From Halobacteriaceae archaeon (lineage in GTDB: Archaea > Halobacteriota > Halobacteria > Halobacteriales > Halobacteriaceae): a stretch of DNA of 64,000 nt. How positions within the stretch are numbered: position 1 is the stretch's first letter; every line of letters begins with the position of its first letter. A program made the translations under genes and the position numbers. The notes beneath the pieces are model-generated. The model saw only the letters and a program-made list of their open reading frames with translations, did no database searches and was not told the origin of the DNA. The stretch is from contig JBDGTS010000020.1 of assembly GCA_042216675.1 (NCBI GenBank), positions 32,001 through 96,000 of the forward strand, in the 5' to 3' direction. Below are positions 29,428 through 38,206 of the stretch, piece by piece.

Positions 29428-30312
29428 ATGGCTCCTTCGACTGTGGCCGTGACCGGCGGCAACGGGAAGATCGGACGCGCGGTCCTGCGGGATCTGGATG
29501 GCCACGGATACGAGACGGCGAACGTCGCACGCGGAAAGCGACGCGAAGACGTCTCGGACCAGTACGTCACGACGGACCTGCTCGACGCGGGCGAGACGTA
29601 CGGCGCACTGGCCGAGACCGGTGCCGACGCGGTCATCCACATGGGCACCATCCCGGGACCCCACGGCCACCCGCAGCACAGGACGTACGAGAGCAACGCG
29701 ATGAGTGCGCTCCACGTCCTCGAAGCCAGCGAATCGCTGGGACTGGAGGCCTGCTGTCTCGCGTCCAGCATCAACGCGATGGGCGCAGAACACCAGCAGC
29801 GACCGCCGGAGGTCGAGTACCTGCCCGTCGACGAATCCCATCCGCGCACGCCGGACGACGTGTACGGCATCGCCAAACACGCGATGGAAGTCACGGCAGA
29901 CGGCTTCGGTCGCCGCCCGGACACGGACCTCACCATCTCGTCACTCCGGTATCCGTGGGTCCCGACCGAGGAGGAGATGGTCGAGAGTATCGTGGCGGCC
30001 GACCGGTCGGCGGACACGCTCCCGGATCGCGACCCCTGGACCGGCAGCCACGTCCTGTTCTCGTATCTCCATCTCGACGACGCGGCGGCCGTCGCTCGGA
30101 GAGCTATCGAAGCCGAACACGACGGACACGAAGTGTTCTGGGCGACCGCTGACGACACCACGGCGACCGTCCCGACGGCGGCTCTCGCAGACGAGTTCTT
30201 CCCCGACGCGGAGGTCCGAGCGCCCCTCGAGGGCCACGAGGCGCTGTTCGACATCTCGAAAGCCGCCTCGATGCTCGGCTGGACGCCGAAACACAGCTGG
30301 CGAGACGACTGA
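29428..30312 (+). CDS. NAD-dependent epimerase/dehydratase family (extended SDR), possible sugar dehydrogenase
   Basis: TGGNGKIG, ASSINA, YGIAK (YxxxK). Confidence 0.85.
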   Translation: MAPSTVAVTGGNGKIGRAVLRDLDGHGYETANVARGKRREDVSDQYVTTDLLDAGETYGALAETGADAVIHMGTIPGPHGHPQHRTYESNAMSALHVLEASESLGLEACCLASSINAMGAEHQQRPPEVEYLPVDESHPRTPDDVYGIAKHAMEVTADGFGRRPDTDLTISSLRYPWVPTEEEMVESIVAADRSADTLPDRDPWTGSHVLFSYLHLDDAAAVARRAIEAEHDGHEVFWATADDTTATVPTAALADEFFPDAEVRAPLEGHEALFDISKAASMLGWTPKHSWRDD

Positions 30313-30493
30313 GCGGAGCACCCACACCCTCGTCTCCCGACCGCGACGCGGTAGGGGGTGTTGAAAGACCGGGTCCACAGCCCGGGGCTCGCGCGTGAAC
30401 CGCCAGTCGTTCCCGAGTGCCGCAGCGGCGTTCGCGGTGGTCGAGTCAGAGGACGGCACCCGGCTTTATACTTCCATTGGCAGACGGTGACGC

Positions 30494-31303
30494 ATGGTCG
30501 GCACGACGCGGTACGATTTCGGCGGCGAATCGGCAATCGTGACGGGGTCGACGAAGGGTATCGGGCGAGGCATCGCGGAGACGCTCGTCGAACACGGGGC
30601 GAACGTTGCGGTGAACTCCCGAACGCCGGACGCAGTCGAGCGGACCGTCGAAGAACTCGGCGACGACGCCGACGGGCAGGTGATCGGCGTCCCCGCAGAC
30701 GTTGGCGACCCCGCGGGGGTCGAGAAGCTAGTCGGCGACGCCATCGACGCGTTCGGGGAGATCGACCTGCTGGTGAACAACGCGGCCATGTGGCCCCGCG
30801 AGGCGTCGATGATCGAGGCCGACCTCGACGACTGGGACCAGACGATGGCCGTGAACGTCCGGTCGCAGTTCTACGCGTCCAAACTGGTCGCCGAGCACAT
30901 GGTCGCGAACGAAATCGAGGGGAACGTTGTCAACATCACCAGCCAGACGGGCGACCGGCGCACCGGCCAGCGGGGGCTGTACGGCCTGTCGAACACGGCG
31001 GTCAACGGGCTCACCTGGCGGATGGCAGCCGACTACGCGGAGGAGGGGATTCGGGTCAACGCCGTGTCCACCGACGTCACGCGGACGTATCAGCTCCGGC
31101 ACGAGGCCGAGATGATGGCCGACGCCGACGACGAAGACCGAACTCCGGACGAGATACTGAACGACTGGGGGGCAAAACGGCCACTCGGTCGGCTCGGTGA
31201 GCCCGAGGACCTCGCGAACGCGGTCTGCTGGCTCGCCAGCGACAAGGCGGCGTACGTGGTCGGCACGATTCTCCGCGTGAGCGGCGGCGGGAATCTGATG
31301 TGA
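30494..31303 (+). CDS. Short-chain dehydrogenase/reductase
   Basis: TGSTKGIG, LVNNAA, IRVNAV. The catalytic motif reads YGLSN instead of YxxxK. Confidence 0.88.
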   Translation: MVGTTRYDFGGESAIVTGSTKGIGRGIAETLVEHGANVAVNSRTPDAVERTVEELGDDADGQVIGVPADVGDPAGVEKLVGDAIDAFGEIDLLVNNAAMWPREASMIEADLDDWDQTMAVNVRSQFYASKLVAEHMVANEIEGNVVNITSQTGDRRTGQRGLYGLSNTAVNGLTWRMAADYAEEGIRVNAVSTDVTRTYQLRHEAEMMADADDEDRTPDEILNDWGAKRPLGRLGEPEDLANAVCWLASDKAAYVVGTILRVSGGGNLM

Positions 31304-31396
31304 GGAAACACACAGCGTGGGAGGCGGGCGTACTTCGAGCGCGTGGGCAGACGGCTGTCCGTAGCGACGGGACAGAGAGACCCGGCCCGGCGACCG

Positions 31397-33619
31397 CTAC
31401 GGTTCGAGGAGGTGAATCGGGTGCTGTGTTTCTACGGCGAGGAGCGCATCGAGTTGCTCGGCGCAGGAGGTACCGCTGGCGACGACGGTCCGGTCGGGGG
31501 TCTCCGCCTCGAACTGCTGGGCTACCGTCTCCCCGACGTCCATGCTGAGTTCGTAGTAGTCGGACTTGTAGCCGAAGCTCCCGGCCATGCCACAGCACTC
31601 GACGTCGGAGGTCACGACGTCGTAGCCGAGATCCTCGAGGACGGTCACCGTGTATGGCTCCAGCCCGAGGGTGCGTTGCTGGCAGTGACTGTGGTACGCG
31701 ACGCCGGCCCCGTCCCCGTGCCGGAGCGATTCGGCGTCAGCCCCGTTTTCGAGCAGGCCGTACACGTACTCGAAGAGGTCGTAGCTCGCGTCGGCGAGTG
31801 CGTCGTCTGTCCCCTCGAGGAGTTTCTCGTACTCGCGCTGGAACATCGCGAGGTCGCTGGGCTCGACGACCACGACGTCGGTCCCGTCGGAGAGATACCC
31901 GTCGAGTGCGCCTCTGAGCGCAGTCGCCTTCGACTCCGCGGTGGCGACCATTCCTTGCGAGAGCGGCGCGCGACCGGAACCGCCGATGTCGGGCACGACC
32001 ACATCGCACCCGAGCGCCTCGAGGACGCGGACGGCGGCCTTCCCGCGGGCGGTCTGGACGTAGTTGGTGTACACGTCGGGGTAGAGGACGACCCGTCGCG
32101 CTGCGTTCTCGACCGTCGGCGACCGGTTCGCGGCCCAGTCCACGAGCGTTTCGCGCCGGAACGTCGGGAGGTCCCTGCAGGCGTCGATCCCCAGCACCGA
32201 GTCCATCGCCCGTCTGACGAGCCCGGTGGACCCGAGGACGTTCGAGACAGGTGCCGTCTTGCTCCCGAGTTTCGCGACCGTCTCGAAGTTGCCGAAGAAC
32301 CGCTTTTGAAGCGAGAGACCGCCAGTCTCGTCGTCGGGCGTCAGCCCGTCCACGAGGAAGTCGAAGTCGTGCTCAGTCTGTCGGTTGATGCGGTCCCGGA
32401 CGACGGTATTTATCCAGGGGATATCTATCTCGACCGGGCAGGCGTTTACGCACCGTGAACAGCCCGTACAGAGGTCGTTGAACGACGCCGCGGCGTCGAG
32501 GCCTTCGACGCCGGCCTCCCAGCCAGTCGCGATGCCGCCGGAGTACGTCTCGCCCCCGAAGGCGTGCCCGCCGACCGACTGGAAGTTCGCACAGGAGTTC
32601 GCACACGCGCCACACCTGATGCAGTACAGCGTCTCCCGCAACTCCGGGTCGTCGCGCATCTCCCAGCGACCGTTGTCCACGAGGACCAGGTAAAAATCCC
32701 GGGTACTGTCCTCCTCCCCCGCCACGTCCCCGCACCCGCTCTCGCCGTCGGACGTCTCGCTCGGGTCGAAGTCGACCGTCGGCGTCTCCACCGGCGGCGT
32801 GAGGACCGACAGATATTGCGGGATGGACTGTCCCGACGCCGCCCGCGAGATCAGTTCCGCGAACGGATGCAGGGCCGAGACGTCGGGGATGACCTTCTCG
32901 ATTCCGGCGACGGCGACGTGGGTGTCGGGAACGCTGGCGCACTTGCGTGCGTTCCCCTCGTTGGTGACCAGCGCGATGGAGCCACTCTCGGCAAGGACGA
33001 AGTTCGCGCCGGTGACGCCGACCTCGGCCGTCTCGATCCGCTCGCCGAGATGTTCGCGGGCGAACTTGGTCAGTCGCTCGGCCGAGTCCAACGGTTCGTC
33101 GGGATCGAACACGGCCTCGAACAGGGCCGTGATCTGTTCGCGGGACTTGTGAAAGGACGGGCCGACGATGTGGGAGGGGGCCTCCCCGGCAACCTGAATC
33201 ACGAACTCGCCGAGGTCCGTCTCCCAGACGTCAACGCCGTCTGCGTCCAGCGCCTCGTTGAGGTCGATCTCCTCCGTCGTCATCGACTTCGACTTGACGA
33301 CAGCGTCGGCGTCGGCGCCATCCACGACGTCGGCGACGTACCGCCGGGCGTCCGTGGCGTCGTCGGCGACGTACACGGTGCCACCGTGTTCCTCCACCGC
33401 CGCCCGGGTCCGGTCGATCAACTCGGGCAACCGCTCGATAGCGTCTTCCTTGATGGCCCGTGCCTCGGACCGGTACTGGTCGTACTCCGCGCGCCCCATC
33501 TCGTCGATCGCCCGGTACCGCTCGGAGTTGACGTGGCGGGTGTTCGCTTTGACCTGCTCCCCCTCGGTGGTGAGCAGGTGCCGGATGCGCTCGGCAGTCG
33601 TCGAGCGCGAGTCGGTCAT
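31397..33619 (-). CDS. lutB: Lactate utilisation Fe-S protein: LutB-like domain fused to CCG-domain region
   Basis: KSKSMTTEEI, ETDLGE, TNEGNAR, CIRCGACANSC, CTGCSRCVNACP, HSHC, CCGMAGSFG. Confidence 0.88.
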   Translation of the reverse strand: MTDSRSTTAERIRHLLTTEGEQVKANTRHVNSERYRAIDEMGRAEYDQYRSEARAIKEDAIERLPELIDRTRAAVEEHGGTVYVADDATDARRYVADVVDGADADAVVKSKSMTTEEIDLNEALDADGVDVWETDLGEFVIQVAGEAPSHIVGPSFHKSREQITALFEAVFDPDEPLDSAERLTKFAREHLGERIETAEVGVTGANFVLAESGSIALVTNEGNARKCASVPDTHVAVAGIEKVIPDVSALHPFAELISRAASGQSIPQYLSVLTPPVETPTVDFDPSETSDGESGCGDVAGEEDSTRDFYLVLVDNGRWEMRDDPELRETLYCIRCGACANSCANFQSVGGHAFGGETYSGGIATGWEAGVEGLDAAASFNDLCTGCSRCVNACPVEIDIPWINTVVRDRINRQTEHDFDFLVDGLTPDDETGGLSLQKRFFGNFETVAKLGSKTAPVSNVLGSTGLVRRAMDSVLGIDACRDLPTFRRETLVDWAANRSPTVENAARRVVLYPDVYTNYVQTARGKAAVRVLEALGCDVVVPDIGGSGRAPLSQGMVATAESKATALRGALDGYLSDGTDVVVVEPSDLAMFQREYEKLLEGTDDALADASYDLFEYVYGLLENGADAESLRHGDGAGVAYHSHCQQRTLGLEPYTVTVLEDLGYDVVTSDVECCGMAGSFGYKSDYYELSMDVGETVAQQFEAETPDRTVVASGTSCAEQLDALLAVETQHPIHLLEP

Positions 33620-34134
33620 CGCGGCTCACCCGTTTCGACGATGATCGCGTGGACTCGTTCCGGGCCGTGGACGCCCTGGACCAGCGCACCCATGTCCCCG
33701 GTCGCGCTGGGTCCCGTCGCCAGCACCATCGAGTCGTGCCCGGCCGCGAACTCGTCAGTGAGCCAGTCGAACGCCGATTCGAGGTCTACGCGGATGTCCG
33801 CCGTCCGGAGGACGACGACGTGATACTCCGGCAGGAGCGCGACCAGTTCGTCGCCCGCAGGGCGAGACGCCACGGCGACGGTTCCCAACGACGCGATACC
33901 GAGCGGAGAGCCGGTAACCCCCGTCGTCGCGGCGCGCAACTCCGCGGGACCGGGGTCCACGGTGATCGCGTGGTCGCTCAGTGACAACCGGGGAAACGGA
34001 AGCGATGCCCCGACCGCAGGGGTCTCGATAGCGTCGGCGAGTGCGGCATCGAACTCGTCCAGACCGACGACCGTTGACGACACGTCCGCACGCTCGAGCG
34101 ACTGCCGGAACTGCTGGACCCGACTGGAAGCCAT
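33616..34134 (-). CDS. lutC: Lactate utilisation protein C (LUD domain)
   Basis: TGPSATGDMGALVQGVHGP motif. ATGA overlap with lutB. Confidence 0.88.
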   Translation of the reverse strand: MASSRVQQFRQSLERADVSSTVVGLDEFDAALADAIETPAVGASLPFPRLSLSDHAITVDPGPAELRAATTGVTGSPLGIASLGTVAVASRPAGDELVALLPEYHVVVLRTADIRVDLESAFDWLTDEFAAGHDSMVLATGPSATGDMGALVQGVHGPERVHAIIVETGEPR

Positions 34135-34393
34135 ACGGGCCCAACGGCGGTCGATGTTATAGTGTTCCGGTCAGTTCCGTTCCCTGACAGGCCGTCCGTG
34201 GCGACGCTGGACGGGGGCTGTGGATGCCACCGCACAGGGGAATCGGGATCACAGCACAGGCCCGATTGCGCCAGCGGCGGGCGAACCGCATCTCGGCGGG
34301 CGGTCGAAACGGCGTGAACAAGATCCTCGCGGCGCGGCGTTCTGCGGATGGGATCCAGCGGGCCCCGGTCCGACCGGGGCTCGGAACACGCAC

Positions 34394-35260
34394 TCACAGA
34401 TGCAGGTCGTGGAACGTCCGGTGGGAGAGGTACGCGCGGTCGCGCCGCGACAGGAAGTCGACGCCGTCGATCCAGGACAGACAGTCCCCGTAGTCCGCCC
34501 AGCTGTCCATCCAGGGGTAGTCCGACCCGAGCATCAGGCGCTCCGGACCGAACCACTCCAAGAGATTGCGCACGTATCCGTGGAGGTCCGCGTACGGCCA
34601 GTCCCGTCCGGCCGACCGGGGAAGCGAGCTCACTTTCACGTATACGTTCTCGTGTTCGGCCACGGCCTCGAAGGTCGCCCACGGGTCCTCATCCGGGTCC
34701 GTGGTCTCGTCGGGCCACGCCATGTGATCGATCACGATGTCGGTGTCAGGGTGGTCGGCGGCGAGCTCGGCCACGTACGAGAGTTGTTCGGCCTTGGGGA
34801 ACACGAAGACCGCGGCGTCTTGTGCTGCGACCTCTTCCCACACCGGGGCGAGCGCCTCCTCGAGAATCCAGTCGCCCGTGCGGTTCACCTCCGTCGGAAT
34901 CGTCTCGTACTCCAAGGCGGCGTGCATTCGAATCCCGAGCATCCGTTCGTGACCGACCACGCGCCGCACCCTCTCGCGGAGGTCGCCATCCTGCGGAAAG
35001 AAGTCCATGATGCCGACGCCGTACAGCCGATCCGGATGCGCCTCGATACCGCGCATCGTGTATTCGTTGGCGCGTTCGCCCCGTCCGTAGAGCGGCGTCG
35101 TCACCGTCACGGCCTCGTCGATGCCGAGGCGGTCCATGTCTGCGAGCAGGTCCTCGTAGGTGTAGGGCCCCTCCCACTCCGGTGGCAGGAGGTCTGCCGC
35201 CCACGGCAGTTCGGGCGTGTCGCGGCCCCAGGTGTGGGTATGCGTGTCGATCAGTTTCAT
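34394..35260 (-). CDS. Amidohydrolase_2-family protein, probable sugar-lactone lactonase
   Basis: IDTHTH, VIDHMA, NVYVKVS, FGPERLMLGSDYPW. ATG at 35260. Confidence 0.85.
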   Translation of the reverse strand: MKLIDTHTHTWGRDTPELPWAADLLPPEWEGPYTYEDLLADMDRLGIDEAVTVTTPLYGRGERANEYTMRGIEAHPDRLYGVGIMDFFPQDGDLRERVRRVVGHERMLGIRMHAALEYETIPTEVNRTGDWILEEALAPVWEEVAAQDAAVFVFPKAEQLSYVAELAADHPDTDIVIDHMAWPDETTDPDEDPWATFEAVAEHENVYVKVSSLPRSAGRDWPYADLHGYVRNLLEWFGPERLMLGSDYPWMDSWADYGDCLSWIDGVDFLSRRDRAYLSHRTFHDLHL

Positions 35261-35292
35261 CGGGACGACTGTGTGCCACGACCGGAATAAAA

Positions 35293-35672
35293 CTACGCCG
35301 TACCCCACGGGGCGGCGAATCGGGACCCGCAAACGGCTCCCTTGCGCTCGAACGACCAGCATTCGTCGATGAGCGCCATCTCCCCCGAGTCGGCATCGGC
35401 GCTGGAGCGCTTGAACTCGCCGACCCGCTCTTCGCACCCCCGGCACTCGGGTCGGCCATGGACGCCTCGGTGAACGTCTCGAAGTCCCCGACCTCGATGT
35501 AGCCTACGGAGATGTCGTCGTGGACGAACAGCCGGAACGCGTGGACGCCGCCGCGAGCCATCGCGTCGGACACTGCTTCGGGGACGTCCTCGTGGGCCTC
35601 GAGATAGTCGTCGACGTGCTCCGGGTCGAGGCGCTGTACCATCGCCACTCGTTCGAGACTGTCATTCATCAT
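35293..35672 (-). pseudogene. L-rhamnose/L-fucose mutarotase-family gene, frameshifted
   Basis: YLEAHEDVP...FRLFVHD N-terminus. Adding one base near 35450 restores DPECRGCEERVGEFK...IDECWSF. Confidence 0.72.
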
Positions 35673-35775
35673 ATAAGTCGGGAGAGCCGCGTCGCTTAGT
35701 TCTTCAGGTGGTCGGGCCGCTCGACCGCTCGATCGGGTGGCATCATCGGAGGCAGAGCGGTGATGACGAACGGAT

Positions 35776-36939
35776 TCATATCCGACCGCTGGCGCTACTC
35801 TCGTCGATAACGGTCCGATCGGTAGTTCTAGCCTCGACGAAGTCCCAGTCGATGTCGACGCCCAGTCCTGGCCCCTCGGGGACGGGGATCGCTCCGTCGT
35901 CGATCGCCTGTACGTCCTCCGTGAATCCCTGCGAGACCGTCCAGGTGACCTCGGGGTGGAGGAGCCCCGCCTCGAAGTAGTTCGTGTTCCGGATTGCGCT
36001 CAAGCAGTGAAGGTGTGAGGGGCCGCCCACGTGGAGTTCGACGTCGACACCGAACGCATCGGCGAGATGCGCCGTCTTCATCACCCCGGTGATTCCACCG
36101 TCGAGATGCGCGTCGCCACGGACCAGTTCGAGTGCCCCTGCCTGGATGTGGTTCGCGCGTCCGTAATGTCCACCCCTGACGTTCTCGACGCCGAGTATCG
36201 GCGTCGCCAGTTCCTGAACGAGTTTTCGACCGAGTTCGATGCTCTCGCCGCCGTCAGCCAGTGGGTCCTCGTACCAGAAGTAGTCGAGGTCGTCGAGAAC
36301 GCGGCCGACACGTAGCGCTTGCGTGTATGTCTGGTACTCGCTCCCAGCGTCCAGCATCAGCGCCATGTCGTCGCCGACGGCATCGGCAACCGCTCGACAG
36401 GCCGCGATATCTCGGTCCGGATCGCCGAACGGATGCAGTTTGAACGCAGGATACCCCGCCTCCAAGCACTCGATTGCGAACTCAGCGTACGCCTCGGGGC
36501 TGTCCAGTCCACCCGCGTCGTCGGCCCAGTAGGTGGACGCGTAGGCGGGAATCCTGTCCCGGTACCCGCCGAGCAGCGTCGAGACACTCGCGTCGTGGTG
36601 CTTGCCCGCGAGGTCCCAAAGTGCGACGTCGATCGGACCGATTCCGAGCCGATCCGTGTGTCTGAGCGCGCCCCACAGCTCCTGCCAGATCCCCTCCCGT
36701 TCAAGCGGGTCCCGACCCAGCAGGTATTCCGAAGCGATCATCTCGACCTGGGTTACCATCGGAGGTGTGAACATGAATCCCCGATAGTGTCCCTGGAGTC
36801 CCATGTCCGTGGTTATCGTGAGGACGAATCCAGAGGGTTCGAGCGTCTCCCCGGGACTGTATGCAGGGTGGTCATTATACATGCTGACGTCGTCAAGACT
36901 GTACGTGAACTCCTGAATCTCCACCTCGGTAATACGCAT
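35776..36939 (-). CDS. Mandelate racemase/enolase-superfamily protein, probable sugar-acid dehydratase
   Basis: DVALWDLAGK, AYAST, FKLH, LMLD, WYEDP, GGITG, ELH motifs. Confidence 0.88.
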   Translation of the reverse strand: MRITEVEIQEFTYSLDDVSMYNDHPAYSPGETLEPSGFVLTITTDMGLQGHYRGFMFTPPMVTQVEMIASEYLLGRDPLEREGIWQELWGALRHTDRLGIGPIDVALWDLAGKHHDASVSTLLGGYRDRIPAYASTYWADDAGGLDSPEAYAEFAIECLEAGYPAFKLHPFGDPDRDIAACRAVADAVGDDMALMLDAGSEYQTYTQALRVGRVLDDLDYFWYEDPLADGGESIELGRKLVQELATPILGVENVRGGHYGRANHIQAGALELVRGDAHLDGGITGVMKTAHLADAFGVDVELHVGGPSHLHCLSAIRNTNYFEAGLLHPEVTWTVSQGFTEDVQAIDDGAIPVPEGPGLGVDIDWDFVEARTTDRTVIDESSASGRI

Positions 36940-37463
36940 ACTCAGCGTATTCAGATACTCCTGTTAAATATTGCTCCGCGAGGCCCGACAGGAGCAGCTG
37001 ATCGTCGTGTCGGAGAGAGCTGCGAGAATAGGTTTCCCTGTAGCGTGTCAGAGAAACAGACACAGCCAGTTTACCGCGGTACAACCTGAGTAAACGTGTT
37101 GATATGAGCAGGAGTATAGAAGACAGTGCAAGATAGAGAGACCCTGTTCAACAGCCGGATGGCGCTCTCGTCCCTGGATTGATATGGCTCACGGCGGCTA
37201 ATCGATGCGAAGTACGCGCGCCGACCGAAATTCAACGGCCCCGTTTCGCTACTCACCTCTTCACCCGTTTCCATGCCGACGACTGTCCCCTCAGGCACCG
37301 CCATCTCGTACCCCGTTTCAGGTGTGATCCCGCGGTGTTCTGCCCCCTCGAGTTGCTGCCGACGCCGTGATTCTCGAATTGGACCTTTCGATAGTGGACA
37401 TCCATGCCGCCCTGGAGGGTGAATCCATGCGGTGAAGTTCGACTATCCCAACGCTATCGGTCT

Positions 37464-37756
37464 ATGTCACGGGACGATCCGGCGTGTGAGTCGCTGCAGG
37501 ACCCCTCTATCCCTCGCTGGTTCGAGGAAACGACACTCGGGGTCTACACACTCTGGGGACCCTGCGCAGTTCCCGGAAACAACGCGTGGGACGCCGGACT
37601 GCGCTACGACGAGGACTCAAAGCACTTCGAGCAGCACCGCGAGGACTGGGCCCGCGACTCCGCTGACGCCGGGGCCGACTACGTCGACGTCACTGCAACT
37701 CACGACGATGGCTTCCTGATGTGGGACAGCGACATCTCGCGATGGAACGCGGGCGA
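37464..37756 (+). pseudogene. Degraded 5' fragment of a second GH29 alpha-L-fucosidase
   Basis: ESLQ...PRWFEETTLGVYTLWGPCAVPG...EDWA...AGADYV...THDDGFLMWDS...WNAG aligns by eye with the GH29 N-terminus. Truncated at the right direct repeat. Confidence 0.75.
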
Positions 37757-37771
37757 GTGCCGTCGCCCTGA
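37757..37771 (+). repeat. Right direct repeat (attR-like) gtgccgtcgccctga
   Basis: 14/15 match to 24440-24454. Directly abuts the stop of the convergent DUF296 gene. Confidence 0.75.
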
Positions 37772-38206
37772 CTACTTGCGCTGGAGTTGCGAGACGTTCT
37801 TCTCGCCGGGCCGGCGCGTCAGGTCCAAGCCCTCGATGCGCCGGATGGTGAACTCGCCGAGCAGGTGGACCTCACAGCCCTCCTCGAGGTGGCCGCCCAC
37901 GGTCCGGTCGCCGTCGAAGGCGGTGACGTGGAGGTGTGGCTCCCCGTCCGCGATGACGCCGTTGACGTTCGTCACCTCCCACGCGCCGTCGAGTTCGAGG
38001 TCCGTGTTCCGCTCGGACTGGTCCTCGGGGAACTCGTCGGTGTGGACGTAGTGGATGCTGAGGTGCCGGAACGTGCCGATGCCGGTGACGACGGCGCCCG
38101 TCTCGACGCCGTGGTCGTCGCAGGCGGCGCGCAGGGACTCGAGGGCGTCGTCGCCGGGGTCCAGTCGCACGACGACGTGGCCGTCGTCGGACGCGAACGA
38201 CTCCAT
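37772..38206 (-). CDS. PPC/DUF296-domain protein
   Basis: RLDPGDD, TGIG, HLH, VGGHL motifs. Confidence 0.88.
   Translation of the reverse strand: MESFASDDGHVVVRLDPGDDALESLRAACDDHGVETGAVVTGIGTFRHLSIHYVHTDEFPEDQSERNTDLELDGAWEVTNVNGVIADGEPHLHVTAFDGDRTVGGHLEEGCEVHLLGEFTIRRIEGLDLTRRPGEKNVSQLQRK

Larger units (their letters stand above)
24455..37771. mobile_element. Putative 13.3-kb catabolic genomic island, no integrase visible
   Basis: Flanking 15-bp direct repeats, visibly more GATC than the flanks, pseudogenes near the right end. Confidence 0.65.

Noticed and set aside
31397-33619. LutB fused to CCG domains
   Set aside because: As far as I recall this architecture is common in haloarchaea, so it is not novel in itself.
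37104-37200. Possible decayed Tat-signal gene after the ATG at 37104
   Set aside because: Needs several indels to reconstruct; only the upstream motif is reported.
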